Source: Octopus vulgaris (taxonomy: Eukaryota). Taken from it: DNA of 64,000 nucleotides. Shown here piece after piece: positions 12,768-27,115 of this stretch. The position numbers and the translations under genes were made by a program. The first letter of the stretch is position 1; every line of letters starts with the position of its first letter. The notes beneath the pieces are model-generated. The model made no database searches. It was not told the DNA's origin and worked only from the letters and a program-made list of their open reading frames with translations. Location: positions 30,504,001 through 30,568,000 of the forward strand of contig OX597826.1 of the NCBI GenBank assembly GCA_951406725.2, read 5' to 3'.

Positions 12768-13135
12768 GTGGAGGCACAATGGCCCAGTGGTTAAGGCAAC
12801 TGACTCGCGGTCGTAGGATCGTGGTTTCGATTCCCAGACCAGGCACTGTGAGTGTTTATTGAGCGAAAACACCTAAAGCTCCACGAGGTTCCGACAGGGG
12901 GTGGTGGCGAACACTACTGTACTCTTTCACCACTCTTTCACTACTGTACTCTTTCTTCCTGTTTCTGTTGTACCTGTATTTCGAAGGGTTAGCCTTGTCA
13001 CACTCTGTGTCATGTTGAATCTATCCGAGAACTACGTTAAGGGTACACGTGTGTGTGGAGTACTCAGCCACTTGCACGTTTATTTCACGAGCAGGCTGTT
13101 CCGTTGAGTAGATCAGCTGAAACCCTCGTGCCACG
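12768..13135 (+). mobile_element. tRNA-derived SINE family C
   Basis: ggcacaatggcccagtggttaaggcaactgactcgcgg...ggtttcgattccc is a tRNA-like head with A/B boxes followed by a non-tRNA body. Confidence 0.8.
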
Positions 13136-13154
13136 ATATATATATATACACACA

Positions 13155-13199
<45 letters not shown>

Positions 13200-13438
13200 C
13201 AAAGTGGAAAATAGTACTCGAATACCAAAGGTGGATCATACACAAATAATAGGTACATACACATAAGCAAGCAATAGAAATAGATCGAATGGTTCCTCAT
13301 TGGTTTCGACAATGTGCAAAGGAGAATCAGTCCCCAGTGCTATAATGGTTCTTTATTTATCGCCCTCTAAAAGACAAAAGGCAAAATCGATTTTTGTGGA
13401 ATTTGAACTCGGAGCGCACGGAGAGCCGTGACGAACAC

Positions 13439-14504
13439 TGCACTTCTACCAATGTCATCAACTGCATCTCCTGCTCTTTCTGCCCTTCTCTATACATCGG
13501 GAAAACGGGACGCCACTTGACTGACCGGTTCGCGGAACACCTCCGAGACATCTGATTCGGCAATGATACCCTTGTCTCGCACCATTTTCGCTCTACCGGT
13601 CACTCTTTGCAATACATGTCTGTGTTCTGATTGTCCTTGCACAGGGGCCATCCGGACTCCCGTTTCGCCGTGAACAGGGATTAATCTTCTCTCTTCGCTC
13701 CTTTGCGACACATGGACTCAACTCTCCTCCCCTCTTAATCTACCCCTCTTCCCCTCTCCTCTCTCCCTTTCACACCTACTTCCTCCCACCCACCTCTCTT
13801 CCCTTGCACCGACTCCTACTTCTTCTCTTCCCTCCCACTCTCCTTCTCTCTTCTCTTCACTCCTACCACCTTCTCCCTTCCCCCTCTCCTTTCATCGTCA
13901 CCCCTCCCTCGTAACCCAGCCGTACACGGTGCAATCCCACCTTCACTATCCATCCAAATTCCAACCTCACCATATCCCTTACACCCACTCCCACATACCT
14001 CACCTCTACCGCCACCCTCAGCCTAACCTACACCCCAACCTTGCTTTCCCCACTCTCACTTCCCTCACAGTCCAACACCACCACACTACACCACACACCA
14101 CACACCACCACACGACACACCATCACACCACATACCACCACACCACACACCACCACACCATACACCACGATACCACAAAACACCACATCACATCACACCA
14201 CCACGTACATACATGCTCTCTTATACATACGAACACGCACACCTTCGTTTTGAGATCACCACTACTTTATTATCTCCCCTTCTTCGTAGTTCTGTGTGAC
14301 CCCTCTGTTCGGCATTCGCCATGATAGATCGCTAGCCACTGCACATTCTTTATTTTCTCTCCTTGCTCTTTTGTATGTTCCTTTCTGTGGAAGAGCGCAT
14401 GCTTGAAACGTTAAAGACTTATTCACTTCTCAAGCGTTAAACTAATATATATGTTTGTTGTCTACACCATCTGTCTTCGTCTTTTGTTTTTTTTTGTGAA
14501 TTCT

Positions 14505-14506
<2 letters not shown>
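13439..14506 (+). mobile_element. Penelope-like element 3' part: GIY-YIG endonuclease pseudogene, C-rich tail and hammerhead-like motif
   Basis: CTSTNVINCISCSFCPSLYIGKTGRHLTDRFAEHLRDI* is a PLE GIY-YIG pattern. Motif cttt-CTGTGGA-A-GAGC gcat GCTT-GAAA-CG-TT-aaag at 14381-14416; ends in (TA)n. Confidence 0.85.
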
Positions 14507-14564
<58 letters not shown>

Positions 14565-14599
14565 TTAGACAGAAGTATTAGCGCATCATACATAAATAT

Positions 14600-14952
14600 A
14601 TTCTTTTATTCTTTTATTTGTTTTAGTCATTTGACTGCAGCCATGCTGGAGCACCACCTTTAGTCGAGCAAATTGACCCCAGCACTTATTCTTTGTAAGC
14701 CTAGTACTTATTATATCGGTCTCTTTTGCCGAACCGCTAAGTTACGGGGAGGTAAACACACCAGCACCGGCTTTCAAGCAATGTTGGGGGACAAACACAG
14801 ACACACAAACATATATATATATATATATATACATATACGACGGGCTTCTTTCAGCTTCCGTCTACCACATCCACTCACAAGGCTTTAGTTGGCCCAAGGC
14901 TATAGTAGAAGACACTTACCCGAGGTGCCAGGCTGTGGGACTGAACCCGGAA
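14600..14952 (-). mobile_element. SINE family A
   Basis: Reverse complement of 6186-6590. Confidence 0.83.
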
Positions 14953-15151
14953 GCGTCAAAGTGTATGATCAGTTTTCAGACTATTGCACGTTGGGCAAGA
15001 TCTGCTATGTTACCGGAACGACCAATACCTTGTGAGTGAATTTGCTAGACGAAAACTGTCTGGAAACCTTTCATATGTATGTATGTATATGTATGTATGT
15101 ATGTGTGTATGTGTGTGTATGTATGTATGTATGTATGTATGTATGTATGTG

Positions 15152-15182
<31 letters not shown>

Positions 15183-15274
15183 GTATGTATGTATGTATGT
15201 ATGTGTTTTTGTTTTTGCTAACCTACACACCGCTTGACAATAGGTGCTAATGTGTTTATGTCTCCATGTCCATT

Positions 15275-15490
15275 TCTTTTCTACTCTAGACACAAGGCCC
15301 GAAATTTTGGAGGAGGGGGCAGCTCGATTAGGAGGAGGGGGCCGCAACTGGCATTTAATTTATCGATCCCGAAAGGATGATGAAACGCAAATTCGACCTC
15401 AGCGGAATTTGAACTCAGAACGTAACGGCAGACGAAATACCGCTAAGCATCTCGCCCGGCGTGCTAACGTTTCTGCCAGTTCGCGCCTTA
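15275..15490 (-). mobile_element. SINE family B
   Basis: Reverse complement of the family B consensus. Confidence 0.8.
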
Positions 15491-16247
15491 GTCTTCATAT
15501 CCATTTGCTCGACCAAAACCTCGAAGACATGTCTCTAGCAAGACCACAGTCCAGTGACTGAAAGAATTACAAGATTAAAACACAGAAGGAAGATTGTTTA
15601 GAGGAAAAACAGTTTATTAATTGTAAAGCGTTTAAAAGTGATATTGAGTGGGAGTTTTTTATTTCAAAATCTGAAGAATTTCACGCCTGATGGACCATCA
15701 ATTTGCCAAATGATGGAATTATGTTATCCATAATGAAGGGAAATATTATCTTGATTAAATATATTAATTAAGTGCAAACAAGCATTATTTCTTTCCCCTC
15801 TTGATATGCAACAGGACTTTCTTTCCAGCTTAATACTAACTGCACAGCTTCCATTTGTAGTTGGTCTCATATTTCATTATTTTCTCTATTTTCCTGCCTT
15901 TTTTTTCTTTTTGTATTTTGTTATGGCGGACAGATATTGAATCTTTGCAGCTAAAATAAGATATGATTCTATCTTTACAACAGAGTTTAGGAGCCACCGT
16001 TGGTCTTTCAAGCTCACTCACTTCCTCTTGTCGATTCTTATCAGTTTTACGACTGTATATTTATTCTCTCCATTACTTAAAATATATATTTTGAGCTCTA
16101 TTTTGATTTGTCTTTCACTGTAACTATTTTTTATTGTATCTTTTCACTTATTTTCTCCTTATTATAAATTGCTTTCACAGATTATTAGATGTGATTTGAG
16201 AGAAAACCGGCCACTATTTCTAGTACAGTGAGCAAACACATACAAGA

Positions 16248-16278
<31 letters not shown>

Positions 16279-16600
16279 TACCTGTACCTCTTTCCCCACC
16301 TCTCTCTTCATCTCAACTCTCAAATATTTCAGCAACGGCTGACATCTTGTGCAACCTTCAAACCAGGAATTATGAGATTACTGATTACAGACGTTCTTAG
16401 TTAGTTTATATTACTCATTTATCTATTCATTCGCTTACTCCTTTACTTGTTTTTTTTTATGATTCGACTGCAATCATGGTGGAGAACCTCGCTTCACCGT
16501 TTGGTTGAACTAGTTAATCCCAGTCCATATTTTAACTTTCGTGATTATATTATCATACACTTACTGAACTCAGGGATAAAAAACGCAAAGACACATGCAT

Positions 16601-16715
<115 letters not shown>

Positions 16716-16765
16716 GATAGATATATAGATAGATAGATACATACATACATACATACATACATACA

Positions 16766-16821
<56 letters not shown>

Positions 16822-16875
16822 TGCATACATACATACACATATGTAAGCGTGCCTGTATGTGTGTATGTGTATATC

Positions 16876-17093
16876 TGGCAGAAACGTTAACGCGCCGGGC
16901 GAAATGCTTAGCGATATTTCGTCTGTCGCTACGTTCTGAGTTCAAATTCCGCCGAGGTCGACTTTGCCTTTCATCCTCTCGGGGTCGATAAATAGAGTAC
17001 CAGTTTCGCACTGGGTCGATGTAATCGACTTAATCCCTTTGTCTGTCCCTGTTTGTCCTCTCTATGTTTAGCCCCTTGTGGGTAGTAAAGAAA
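16876..17093 (+). mobile_element. SINE family B
   Basis: Close match to 11600-11830. Confidence 0.85.
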
Positions 17094-17143
17094 TATATAT
17101 ATATATGTATATATATATGTATATATATATAAATATGTATATA

Positions 17144-17215
<72 letters not shown>

Positions 17216-17271
17216 ACATCTATATATGTATATATATATTTTCTAAGTTCGTTCACTTGAAACGTTTTGAA

Positions 17272-17395
17272 TGTTCAGATAAAGGCTCCTCCTTTTTTAT
17301 GACAGATACAGCCTAATGATACCAACTGGCAATACCAGTTCTTGAGGGGTCACGTGGAGTTGCGACGATATAATATAGGATAAATAATAATAATG

Positions 17396-17448
<53 letters not shown>

Positions 17449-17489
17449 CCATGGATGGAATTTTAAATATCTATAAATTCCATCCATGG

Positions 17490-17552
<63 letters not shown>

Positions 17553-17663
17553 TATCCTATATTATATCGTCGCAACTCCACGTGACCCCTCAAGAACTGG
17601 TATTGCCAGTTGGTATCATTAGGCTGTATCTGTCATAAAAAGGGAGGGGCCTTTATCTGAACA
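17272..17663. repeat. Near-perfect ~390-bp palindrome containing (TAA)n/(TTA)n tracts
   Basis: tgttcagataaaggc...ggataaa(taa)n ccatggatggaattt mirrored by aaattccatccatgg(att)n...gcctttatctgaaca; a few mismatches. Confidence 0.95.
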
Positions 17664-17664
17664 C

Positions 17665-17748
<84 letters not shown>

Positions 17749-17764
17749 CATTATTATTATTATT

Positions 17765-17931
17765 AAGGCTGCGAGCTGGAAGAATTGTTAGCACGCTGGG
17801 CGAATGCTTAGCACAATTTCTTCTACCGCTACAGTCTGAGTTCAAATTCCGCTGACGTCAACTTTGCTTTGCCTCCTTTTGGGTTCGATAAAGTACGTAC
17901 TAGCTGAAGACTGGAGTCGATGTAATCGACT
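17765..17931 (+). mobile_element. SINE family B (diverged)
   Basis: gcgagctggaagaattgttagcacg...gagttcaaattccgc. Confidence 0.75.
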
Positions 17932-17994
17932 ATTGTGTGAGTGTGAGCGTGTGTATGCGTGTATGTGTTTATATTGCAATGTTATCAAAGCCAC

Positions 17995-18126
17995 TCACCT
18001 GATGACGTGCTGGTATACAACTGCTGCTTGACGGATCTCATTTATTCCTATGATATTTTATGTAAATAGTATGATATGGAAGACGCAGCAACAGATTTTA
18101 TCAGTGCACAGAAACAATTGTTGTGA
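17995..18126 (+). ncRNA. Type I hammerhead ribozyme with ~105-nt stem II extension
   Basis: tcac-CTGATGA-c GTGC...GCAC a-GAAA-CAATTG-TT-gtga; stem I tcac/gtga; palindromic stem III ACAATTGT. Confidence 0.7.
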
Positions 18127-18181
18127 TTTGTGATTAAAGCCAGTTCATTCCACCTTGTTGCTTTATAACTGTTGTGTGTGT

Positions 18182-18235
<54 letters not shown>

Positions 18236-18277
18236 GTGTGTGTGTGTGTGTGTATACACGTATTTATTTATAGGTGA

Positions 18278-18420
18278 AGGGGTGGTTGTGCGGTAAGAAG
18301 CTTCCTTCCCAATCACATGATTCCGGGCTCAGTCCCACTGCGTGTCTTCTACTATAGCCTCGGGCAGATCAAAGCCTTGTAAGTGTATTTCGTAGCCGAA
18401 AACTGAAAGAAGCACGTCGT
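18278..18420 (+). mobile_element. SINE family A head
   Basis: Similar to 6186-6340. Confidence 0.75.
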
Positions 18421-19477
18421 ATATATATTTATATATATATATAATTGACAGCCTACTGCACAGTTTCTATCTAATACGAAAATCCCTCACAACCCATTGG
18501 TCGCCGACACTGAGCTAGTGTACAACACATTTGTCCAAATTCTCTCACACAGGGGTTGAACACGAAACCTCGGTGTCACAAAATAGCTTCTTAACCATAC
18601 ATTTATTTTATCTTTATATTTCTCTTTATTTTATATTTCATTGTTTTCTTTGAACAAAGGCATCGTTTGTTCCAGATTTCCGACAAGCGAAATGATTGGT
18701 TCACGGCATTTATGTACGGTACTTTGAGATTCTTTTGAGTTTCTTTTATGGTAATTTTATTTTCCTTTAATGGAAATAAAGAATACGATTCTTCAACAAT
18801 CGAACAATTAGGCAAGCACAAAAACAAAAAATCAATAGCAAAAACAATACAACATACAAAAGAGAGGAGGTTATTAGTAACGGATTTCGAAAGATCAAAT
18901 TAACTGTAATGTCTTTGGTAACTAGCCAAAAACAAATATAAAGAAATGAAAAACAGAAACAAAGACCATTTACGAATACTGGTGAGCACAACACGGTGAG
19001 AAAGTAACGAAGCTCACAAGAAAGATATGAAGATCATGCTACACTCCATTAGCTCCAATCATTAGCTAAAAAGAAAGCGGTTTTAAACGGCGACCATATT
19101 TAAACTGGATGTTTAAATGTGTAACGGGCCGGAAGAACGCAGTGAGATATCTAACTTCTACAGCAGTTTAAAATATCTGCGCTGAATGTAGTGGAGCATG
19201 CAAATTATGTCTGAATAAATCATTTATCCAGCTTAATTATCTGATCTGTGTGTTTTATAGGTAAAATGTGTAAATGATAAACAAGAGGAAATATATAAAT
19301 GATAAATAAAAGAAGTAAAACAATGGTTCCGTGAGATATCCAGCAGTTATTTATGTTTAGTCATAATTTCTTAGTCTGTGTCTGCTACAAAAATTAGTCA
19401 TATATATATTTACACACATTCATACACTCACATACATATGTATATATACGTGTGTGTTTATACCTGTTTATATATGT

Positions 19478-19527
<50 letters not shown>

Positions 19528-20005
19528 GCATGTATATTTATGTATGCATGCATGTATGTTCGTACTTATATTTATATCTATATATCTATATGAAAATATC
19601 TATATGTAAATATAAGATGCAGGCACATACACATAAACATGTAGATATATATAAAGACAGAGAAACGGACAAACACACACACACACACATAAATAAATAA
19701 ATGAATATTTTTTATTTGTAGAGAGACGAACATGCAATAATATATGCAAGTTCCATATGTTTACACAACAAGCACTGTTCGAGATTAATTTCAAAATACA
19801 TGCATGTGTGTGTGTGCGTGTGTACGTGTGTGTGTGTCCCGGTCTAGTTATTATCTCAGAAACTTAGCAGTCTACTCTGAGTTACAGAATGTGTTGTGAG
19901 AAACTTAGAGTAGAGTCTCATCTTCTGACATAGTAAACACATCTTTACACTCTACTGTACATATTGCGTGCTGTATCAGAACCCGTTTGCCCTATGTAAG
20001 ATATA

Positions 20006-20368
20006 TTCTTTTCTACTTTAGGCACAAGGCCCGAGATTTTGGGGGAGGGCCAGTCAATTAGATAGACCCCCAGTACGCAACTGGTACCTAATTTATCGAT
20101 CCCGAAAGGATGAAAGACACAGTCAACCTCGGCAGAATATGAACTCAGAACGTAAAGACAGACGAAACACCGCTAAGCATTTCACCCATCGTGCTAACGA
20201 TTCTTATTTCTTTATTGCCCACAAGGGGCTAAACATAGAGGGGCAAACAAGGATAGACAAAGGTATTAAGTCGATTATATCGTCCCCAGTGCCTAACTGG
20301 TACTTAATTTATCGACACCGAAAGGATGGAAGGCAAAGTCGACCTCGGTAAAATTTGAATTCAGAACA
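20006..20368 (-). mobile_element. SINE family B, two units
   Basis: Reverse complement of the family B consensus. Confidence 0.8.
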
Positions 20369-20498
20369 TTTGTCAAAACAAAGAAATTTATGGGTGAAAA
20401 ATATGGATAATCAGTCAAAAGCGTCTGATGACCAACGCAGCCCCAAGGAGATATTACGTTCATATAATGTAAAAAATTAGATAAACAGACAGACAGGC

Positions 20499-20590
<92 letters not shown>

Positions 20591-20591
20591 C

Positions 20592-20645
<54 letters not shown>

Positions 20646-20686
20646 CGGACAGACAGATAGGCAGACAGGCTGAAGAGATAGATAGG

Positions 20687-20753
<67 letters not shown>

Positions 20754-20813
20754 GTAGATATTTACTACTTCCTAGGTTCCGCTCTACTCCATTCCTTAAC
20801 CCTGGTATGTATG

Positions 20814-20897
<84 letters not shown>

Positions 20898-20901
<4 letters not shown>

Positions 20902-21066
20902 TAGCTTTATATCTGTTTTGAGATCTAATCCCCAAAAGTAATATATATGTATGTATATATAGTATGCATACATATATACATACACACTCAAACACACATA
21001 CGTATATGCATACGTATATATTACTTTTGGGAACTAGATCTCGAAACAGATATAAAGCTACACATA
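20898..21066. repeat. Inverted repeat (~55-bp arms) in TA/TG context
   Basis: tgtagctttatatctgttttgagatcta...cccaaaagtaatata pairs with tatattacttttggg...tagatctcgaaacagatataaagctaca. Confidence 0.85.
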
Positions 21067-21197
21067 ATACCACGTAAACACTGGGCTGGAATTCCTTAAT
21101 TTGGTGGATAGAAAATGCTGAAGGCAGTCTGTTGGACTCGAACACACAGCTCCTGCACATATATATGCATATATATATATATATATATGTGTTTATT

Positions 21198-21265
<68 letters not shown>

Positions 21266-21625
21266 TGTGTGTGTGGTATGTGTGCATGTATGTATATCTA
21301 TATATTTCTAGATATATATATATATATATGTATATAATGATATATTTATATATATATGTCTGTGGGTGTGTGTGTATATATATATGTGTGTGTGCATGTA
21401 TGTATGTATGTATGTATATATATATATGAATTTTCACGTTCATATAGTCGTACTAAGTCTTTCCAATAATCTATTTCCAATATTTAAATAAGCATTTTTA
21501 AGTGTTTAAGTGTAAAACAAATTGAAATTATTGATATTTACTCTCTCAAGCCAATATATAAACTATATGCATATATGCAACTATATAATAACAATAGACA
21601 GACAGACAAAATATAGATAGATAGT

Positions 21626-21726
<101 letters not shown>

Positions 21727-22004
21727 TTTGCTATTTCACTAACAGTTTGTCCACCATTTTTCGATGTTTATTCTTCGATTTCAGTTTCATTTTTGTTTTT
21801 GCATGTATGTGTGGTTGTTTTTTTTTTTTCACTTATGCAATATATCTGACAGATTATTTTCATATTTCTATTTAAATATCCAATACAATCTGCGTAATCG
21901 TCTGTATACGTGGTGATATTTACTTTCATTCTGCTCTCTTTTGTCATTATAATTATATTTTTTTCGCCCTCATACATACATACATACATACATACATACT
22001 TACA

Positions 22005-22064
<60 letters not shown>

Positions 22065-22624
22065 TCGCCATGATAAATCGTTAGCCACTACACACATTTT
22101 TTTCTCTCCTTGTTTCTCTCTTTATATATATATATATATATATATTCAAATATGAATGAGATGCAATCCGGGGAATATAAATAATATCGAATACACATGC
22201 ACAAGGTATTGCCAGTTCGTGGGCACGCTACGATTTATAGGTGTAAGTGAAAACTTTTCTTATCAATATGTCTGGTGCAAAAACACCTAGATGTCAGACA
22301 AGCGAGATAACTCACAGCAGGTCCTGTTACAGGAGTGGTAGACATTAATGTTTCGCCATATGTGACTTATCAATACCATGTACTCAAAAGGAAGCCAGAT
22401 GTGAGCTAAATCGCTCGCTTTGACTATATCCAAAATTGTGTAAGAACCATCTGCTGGTATGTTCCAACGTTTCATGCCACGGTAAAAATTCAAACATGAA
22501 TGAGAAGCAGTCCGAATAATATAAAGAATATTGAACACACAGCACGAACCTTGTTGAGTCAGATGTTGCAGCTCTGGACTAGATATCTCTATCTGCCTTA
22601 ATGCTCGATATTGTTGCACCACTT

Positions 22625-22880
22625 GCCCTCTATCTCGAGCCAGATGTAATGGCCTTCTTTGCGGTTTCTGACAGTTTTCGGAATCTTTTGTACCTTCGCA
22701 GCTAGTCCAAGTCTCTTGAGCATCGTGAGAACCCTGGTTCCAACAATTCCTTTAACACCTATCTCTACTGGAAAGCATATTATCTCTCATCCATTGTTTT
22801 CATAGATTGCGACCAACTCATTGGATTTTCTATGTCAGCTGAAGAAAGCTTCTCCGATGTTCCGCTTCCTATACAACTGT
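22625..22880 (-). pseudogene. Decayed RLE-type (HERO-like) non-LTR retrotransposon C-terminus
   Basis: Minus translation NIGEAF...NELVAIYENNG*EIICFPVEIGVKGIVGTRVLTMLKRLGL...HYIWL resembles the HERO-type GW...FPVEVGCRGF...LWL motif. Confidence 0.6.
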
Positions 22881-24599
22881 CTCCTTCATTTCCTAGCATG
22901 ACAGATTAGTTTTAGTCAACTTGCCTCTTATAATTACTTTAACACACTTCTGTAATTTCGTGTTCATCCCTTACGTCTTGGTTAAATTTATAAACAATTT
23001 AAATAGGTTTCCCAGCAAGTAAATATTATAAATTTGGAGTTACGAGGTGAAATCTCCAAGCAGTTTAAATGCACACATCTGCGATATCTACGTAGCTAAA
23101 AAGTAAAAGCGGAAAGGCACCGAAGGGTCATGACGTGGATGGAGCTCAGCCCCCATAGAATGTAAGAAGGGCCAAAATACTTTCATGAGGTGGGCTTCTT
23201 CACTGAAGAACTGCTGTTCAACTCTCTTGAGTTTCTTACCTCTTAGTCACACATAAAAAGGATAATTCTTGAAAGATGGACCGCAAAAAGAAAAAGTAGG
23301 GTGACGAGTAAAATGACTTGAGTTATTTAATTGGGAATCTCTATGTTCTGAGTACATATCTCACTGGGATTGATTTTCCTCAGGCTGACGTAGATCGAAG
23401 AAGTACATTCAAGAAATGAGATGGTATCAAACCGACTGTATTCTTCACACAATTTGTGACCATTATAGTGTGCTATGTTCAACTGCTACTTATTTTTCAT
23501 CGACACTGAAAGGATGAAAAGAAAAGTCAATTTCCGCCGGGGTCGACTTTGCCTTTCTTCATTTCAGGGTCGGTAAAATAACTACCAGCTGAATGTAGGA
23601 GTCGATTAAATTGACTTAGCCCCTCCACCGAAAGTCCCGGCCTTGTGCTGAAATTGGAAACCATTATGTCGTGCTATGTTGGAAATCATGTCCAGACTGA
23701 ACCCTTGCCTTCTTTTAGTAAAGAAAAACAGGTAATCATCATTGGCGGATACGAGTAAAAGAATTTGCATGATGGACTTGTTAGAAACGTTTGGATATTC
23801 AGTCGCATAGTTACTGCAGACCTATTTATCCGCTCTGACTTATGCATTCATACTTACATGTCATAAAATTTAAATGCCGTTTCCTTGTTACCATGTGATA
23901 TCGAATCATCGAACTATTTGTTAGCCTGAAGCCGTAATATCTCTGCCAGACACTGCTCGGAGTTATCAGATTTTCACACAGTAACAATTATATGTAAAAC
24001 AGAAATAAAAGAATACCACAAAAAGAACTTTAATGTTTTCGAGTGTTTGTGCCGGAACACAAGACTAATATTGGGATAAATTTATTGTATATCATGTCTG
24101 GAATTAACAGAGAAATAGATTTTATTTTTTGCCAAAATTTAATTACGTTGATATAGTGTTGTAATTTTGTAATGAATTTTAGATGGATTGGAGAAAAATT
24201 TAATAAGTACGAAAATTTATTCAGACATACATATATAAATTTATTTTGTGACAGCCGGTGTTGGAGTATATGTGTGTGCGTCTGTATATATGAATATTTA
24301 TATGTATATATATATGTATGTATTTATGTATGTATATCTTTGAATGTGTATAAAATATATGTGTGTATATATGTATGTGTATGTATGTGTATGTGCGTGT
24401 ATAAATAGATATTTGTGTCTCTCTATCACTCTCTCTCTCTCTCTCTTTCTTAGTGTCTGCCCTCTTTTACATTCGATATGTGCATTCATACATACATACA
24501 TACATGAATATATATATGTGTGTGTGTGTCTGTGTGTGTGTGTGTGTGTGCGCGCGTGTGCGTGTGTGTGTGCGCGCGCACGCGTGTGTGTGTTTGTGC

Positions 24600-24790
24600 A
24601 TGTAGTTGAAATTTACAGAAAAACAAAAGACGAAGACAGGTGTATCAACAGCAAGCAGGTGTATTAGTTTGAGGCTCGGGAAGGTGAGACAGTGTTTTAC
24701 GTTTCGAGCCTACGCTCTTCAATAGAAAGGAACACAAGAAAATAAACAGAGAGAGAATTAAAAAAGCTTGTGGATTTATCGCTCAATCAT
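24600..24790 (-). mobile_element. PLE-type 3' terminal fragment with hammerhead-like motif (24695-24728)
   Basis: Reverse complement of 14325-14506; ttt-CTATTGA-A-GAGC gtag GCTC-GAAA-CG-TA-aaa. Confidence 0.7.
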
Positions 24791-24812
24791 GGCGACTGTT
24801 TGTATATATATA

Positions 24813-24945
<133 letters not shown>

Positions 24946-25720
24946 GTATGTATAATATGTATATACATATGCAATCATACATATATATATACAAATATAT
25001 GATTTATATATGTATAATACACATATATATATAGGTATAAAATATATATATAAAGAAACAAGAACGTGAAATACACAAAGGGACGAACACATAAAACAGA
25101 CGGGTCATTCGAAGCCTTTAATCTTCAGTCAGAAACCGGATCATTATAGCAAATTTCGGCTGATTAATTCTGATATTTGCTCCGACGCGGCCAGCCCCGA
25201 TGAAAAACTAACCTGCGACCATTAGATTTCTTGGAAAAAGGAACGAATGTAAACGCAACAAGGACAGAAAAACGGACGAAGCCACACGAATATAAATACA
25301 AAATACGAAAACAAAAATAAAAATAAAAACAAGAATGGTAATAACAGGATAAAAGCAGGTGTCTTACGACTTTAGACAAATTGAGAAAAATTTAACTTAT
25401 ATAGCAGGCGTGTTTGGAAAAAATTGCCTTTTCGGCAGACGGGGAACGATGTTGAACGGGCTGCGGTCACCAAGGAAATGGCTTGTTATTCAGCAGGTCA
25501 CATGAGGGTAGAGAGAGAGAAAGAGAGAAAGAGAGAGAAGGAATTAAAGAGGGTGGAAGACACAGAGGGCGCCAAGGATTGACCAGGTCACGTGAGAGTA
25601 GGGAGAGAGAAAGAAGGAATTAAAGAGGATGGAAGAAAGAGGAGGGAAGAGACAGAGCGCACCAGCATATATGTGTGTGTGTGTTTGCGTGTATGTGCGT
25701 GTATGTGTGTGTTTGTGTGT

Positions 25721-26028
25721 ATAGTCGGTATCCAAATTTTCCGAACTACATCTGTAGCTCGACAAGAGATGGCAGTACACGGTTGCGTTTGCAGTAAGAG
25801 CTAGTAGTGACATCCATTAAGCCTTGTGCCGAGGGACATCGCTGTATTCGCAAGTGGTGAAATTTGTGTTTTTGTGATGACGTGAATAATGTAGCCTGCG
25901 ATTTTGTCATGGACAGGAAGTTGGAACAAAGAGCCAACGTGAAAATTTGCTTTAAACTTGAGAATTCTGCTACTAAGACATTAAGCATGCTTCGGCAAGC
26001 TTACGGTGATGAGGTTATGGGTCGTACG
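25721..26028 (+). mobile_element. Mariner transposon left end with transposase N-terminus
   Basis: ATG at 25909: MDRKLEQRANVKICFKLENSATKTLSMLRQAYGDEVMGRT, typical mariner N-terminal HTH. Confidence 0.8.
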
Positions 26029-27069
26029 TGCGTATTTTATTGACGAACGAGGGCATAATATCGATGATGTTCCAATTTACATTGAAACACTAATATCCTT
26101 GATCTCTCAGCTTCCAAATGAGACACGAAAGGATAGTAGGGAGGGTCCACCTTATTCTTAAACTTAAAATGGTTTGACAGTAGTTTCGTAATCCTTTGAG
26201 ATATTTCAAGTTAAATCCCATATAGTTCCTCTGGATAGCATCTAGTGAAATGAGCGTAGTTCTATAAACCAGAAGTCCCTCGAAAGACGTGTTCGGTTCA
26301 TGTAATTACAGATGGGGTTGCTGAAGAAGGGACGATGCAGAAGTATTATATTGGCTGTGGCTTGCAATATATATCGATTCTGGCTTGTCTAGACAGGAAT
26401 AACTAAACTTAACATTATGTGCGTCGAAGGTTTTGTGGTATTTATTTGATGCCGGAAAGTGCTGTCTTAGTAGCTAGATCGAAAGTTCCGAGCAATGTTT
26501 TATAGTAACGTCTAAATCTAGGGACGGGGAATCTTAAACAAATTTATTCTCGTTCTTTTAGACTTTCTGGTCGTTTGGGGTTAATGGTTGGAAAATGATT
26601 TTCTATATAAACTATATTCGAACAAAAAAAAAACCCACTTGAAGATAAGGCTAATTTATAAGTTGGATACTCTTCTACTTAAACGTATTATTTCCCAATT
26701 ATAGAGCTGAAAATGCTTGCAGTCCTTTTAGAAGTATATTATCTCTTTAGTTGGTTTTATATAAAAGTGGTGTTTATCTGTCTAAAGCTCAAGTGTAATA
26801 TTTAAGACAGCAGTCAAAGCGAGTTCAGGCGATGGCTTAGGATTTATGGAATATCTGGTCAATTAGACATGTCATTTCGTACTCAGAAAACTCGGAGGAA
26901 TGGCTCTGTATCTCAATAACCACCAACCTACACATATAAAATGTGTGAGTGTTTTTGTGTATGTCATACAGGCGAATGTGTGAACGTGCGTGAGAACTAT
27001 GGGAAATTGCCCTTCCAATGCAGATATATATACATGTATGTATATATTTTTTATTTATATTCATACGTA

Positions 27070-27115
<46 letters not shown>

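Noticed and set aside
12768-12845. tRNA-like sequence
   Set aside because: It continues into a repeat body also present at 11095-11210 and lacks a clean acceptor stem; it is a SINE head.
13550-13560. In-frame TGA in the PLE GIY-YIG as possible selenocysteine (reported for some Naiad PLEs)
   Set aside because: Not at a Cys position; most simply CGA>TGA decay in a copy with other lesions.
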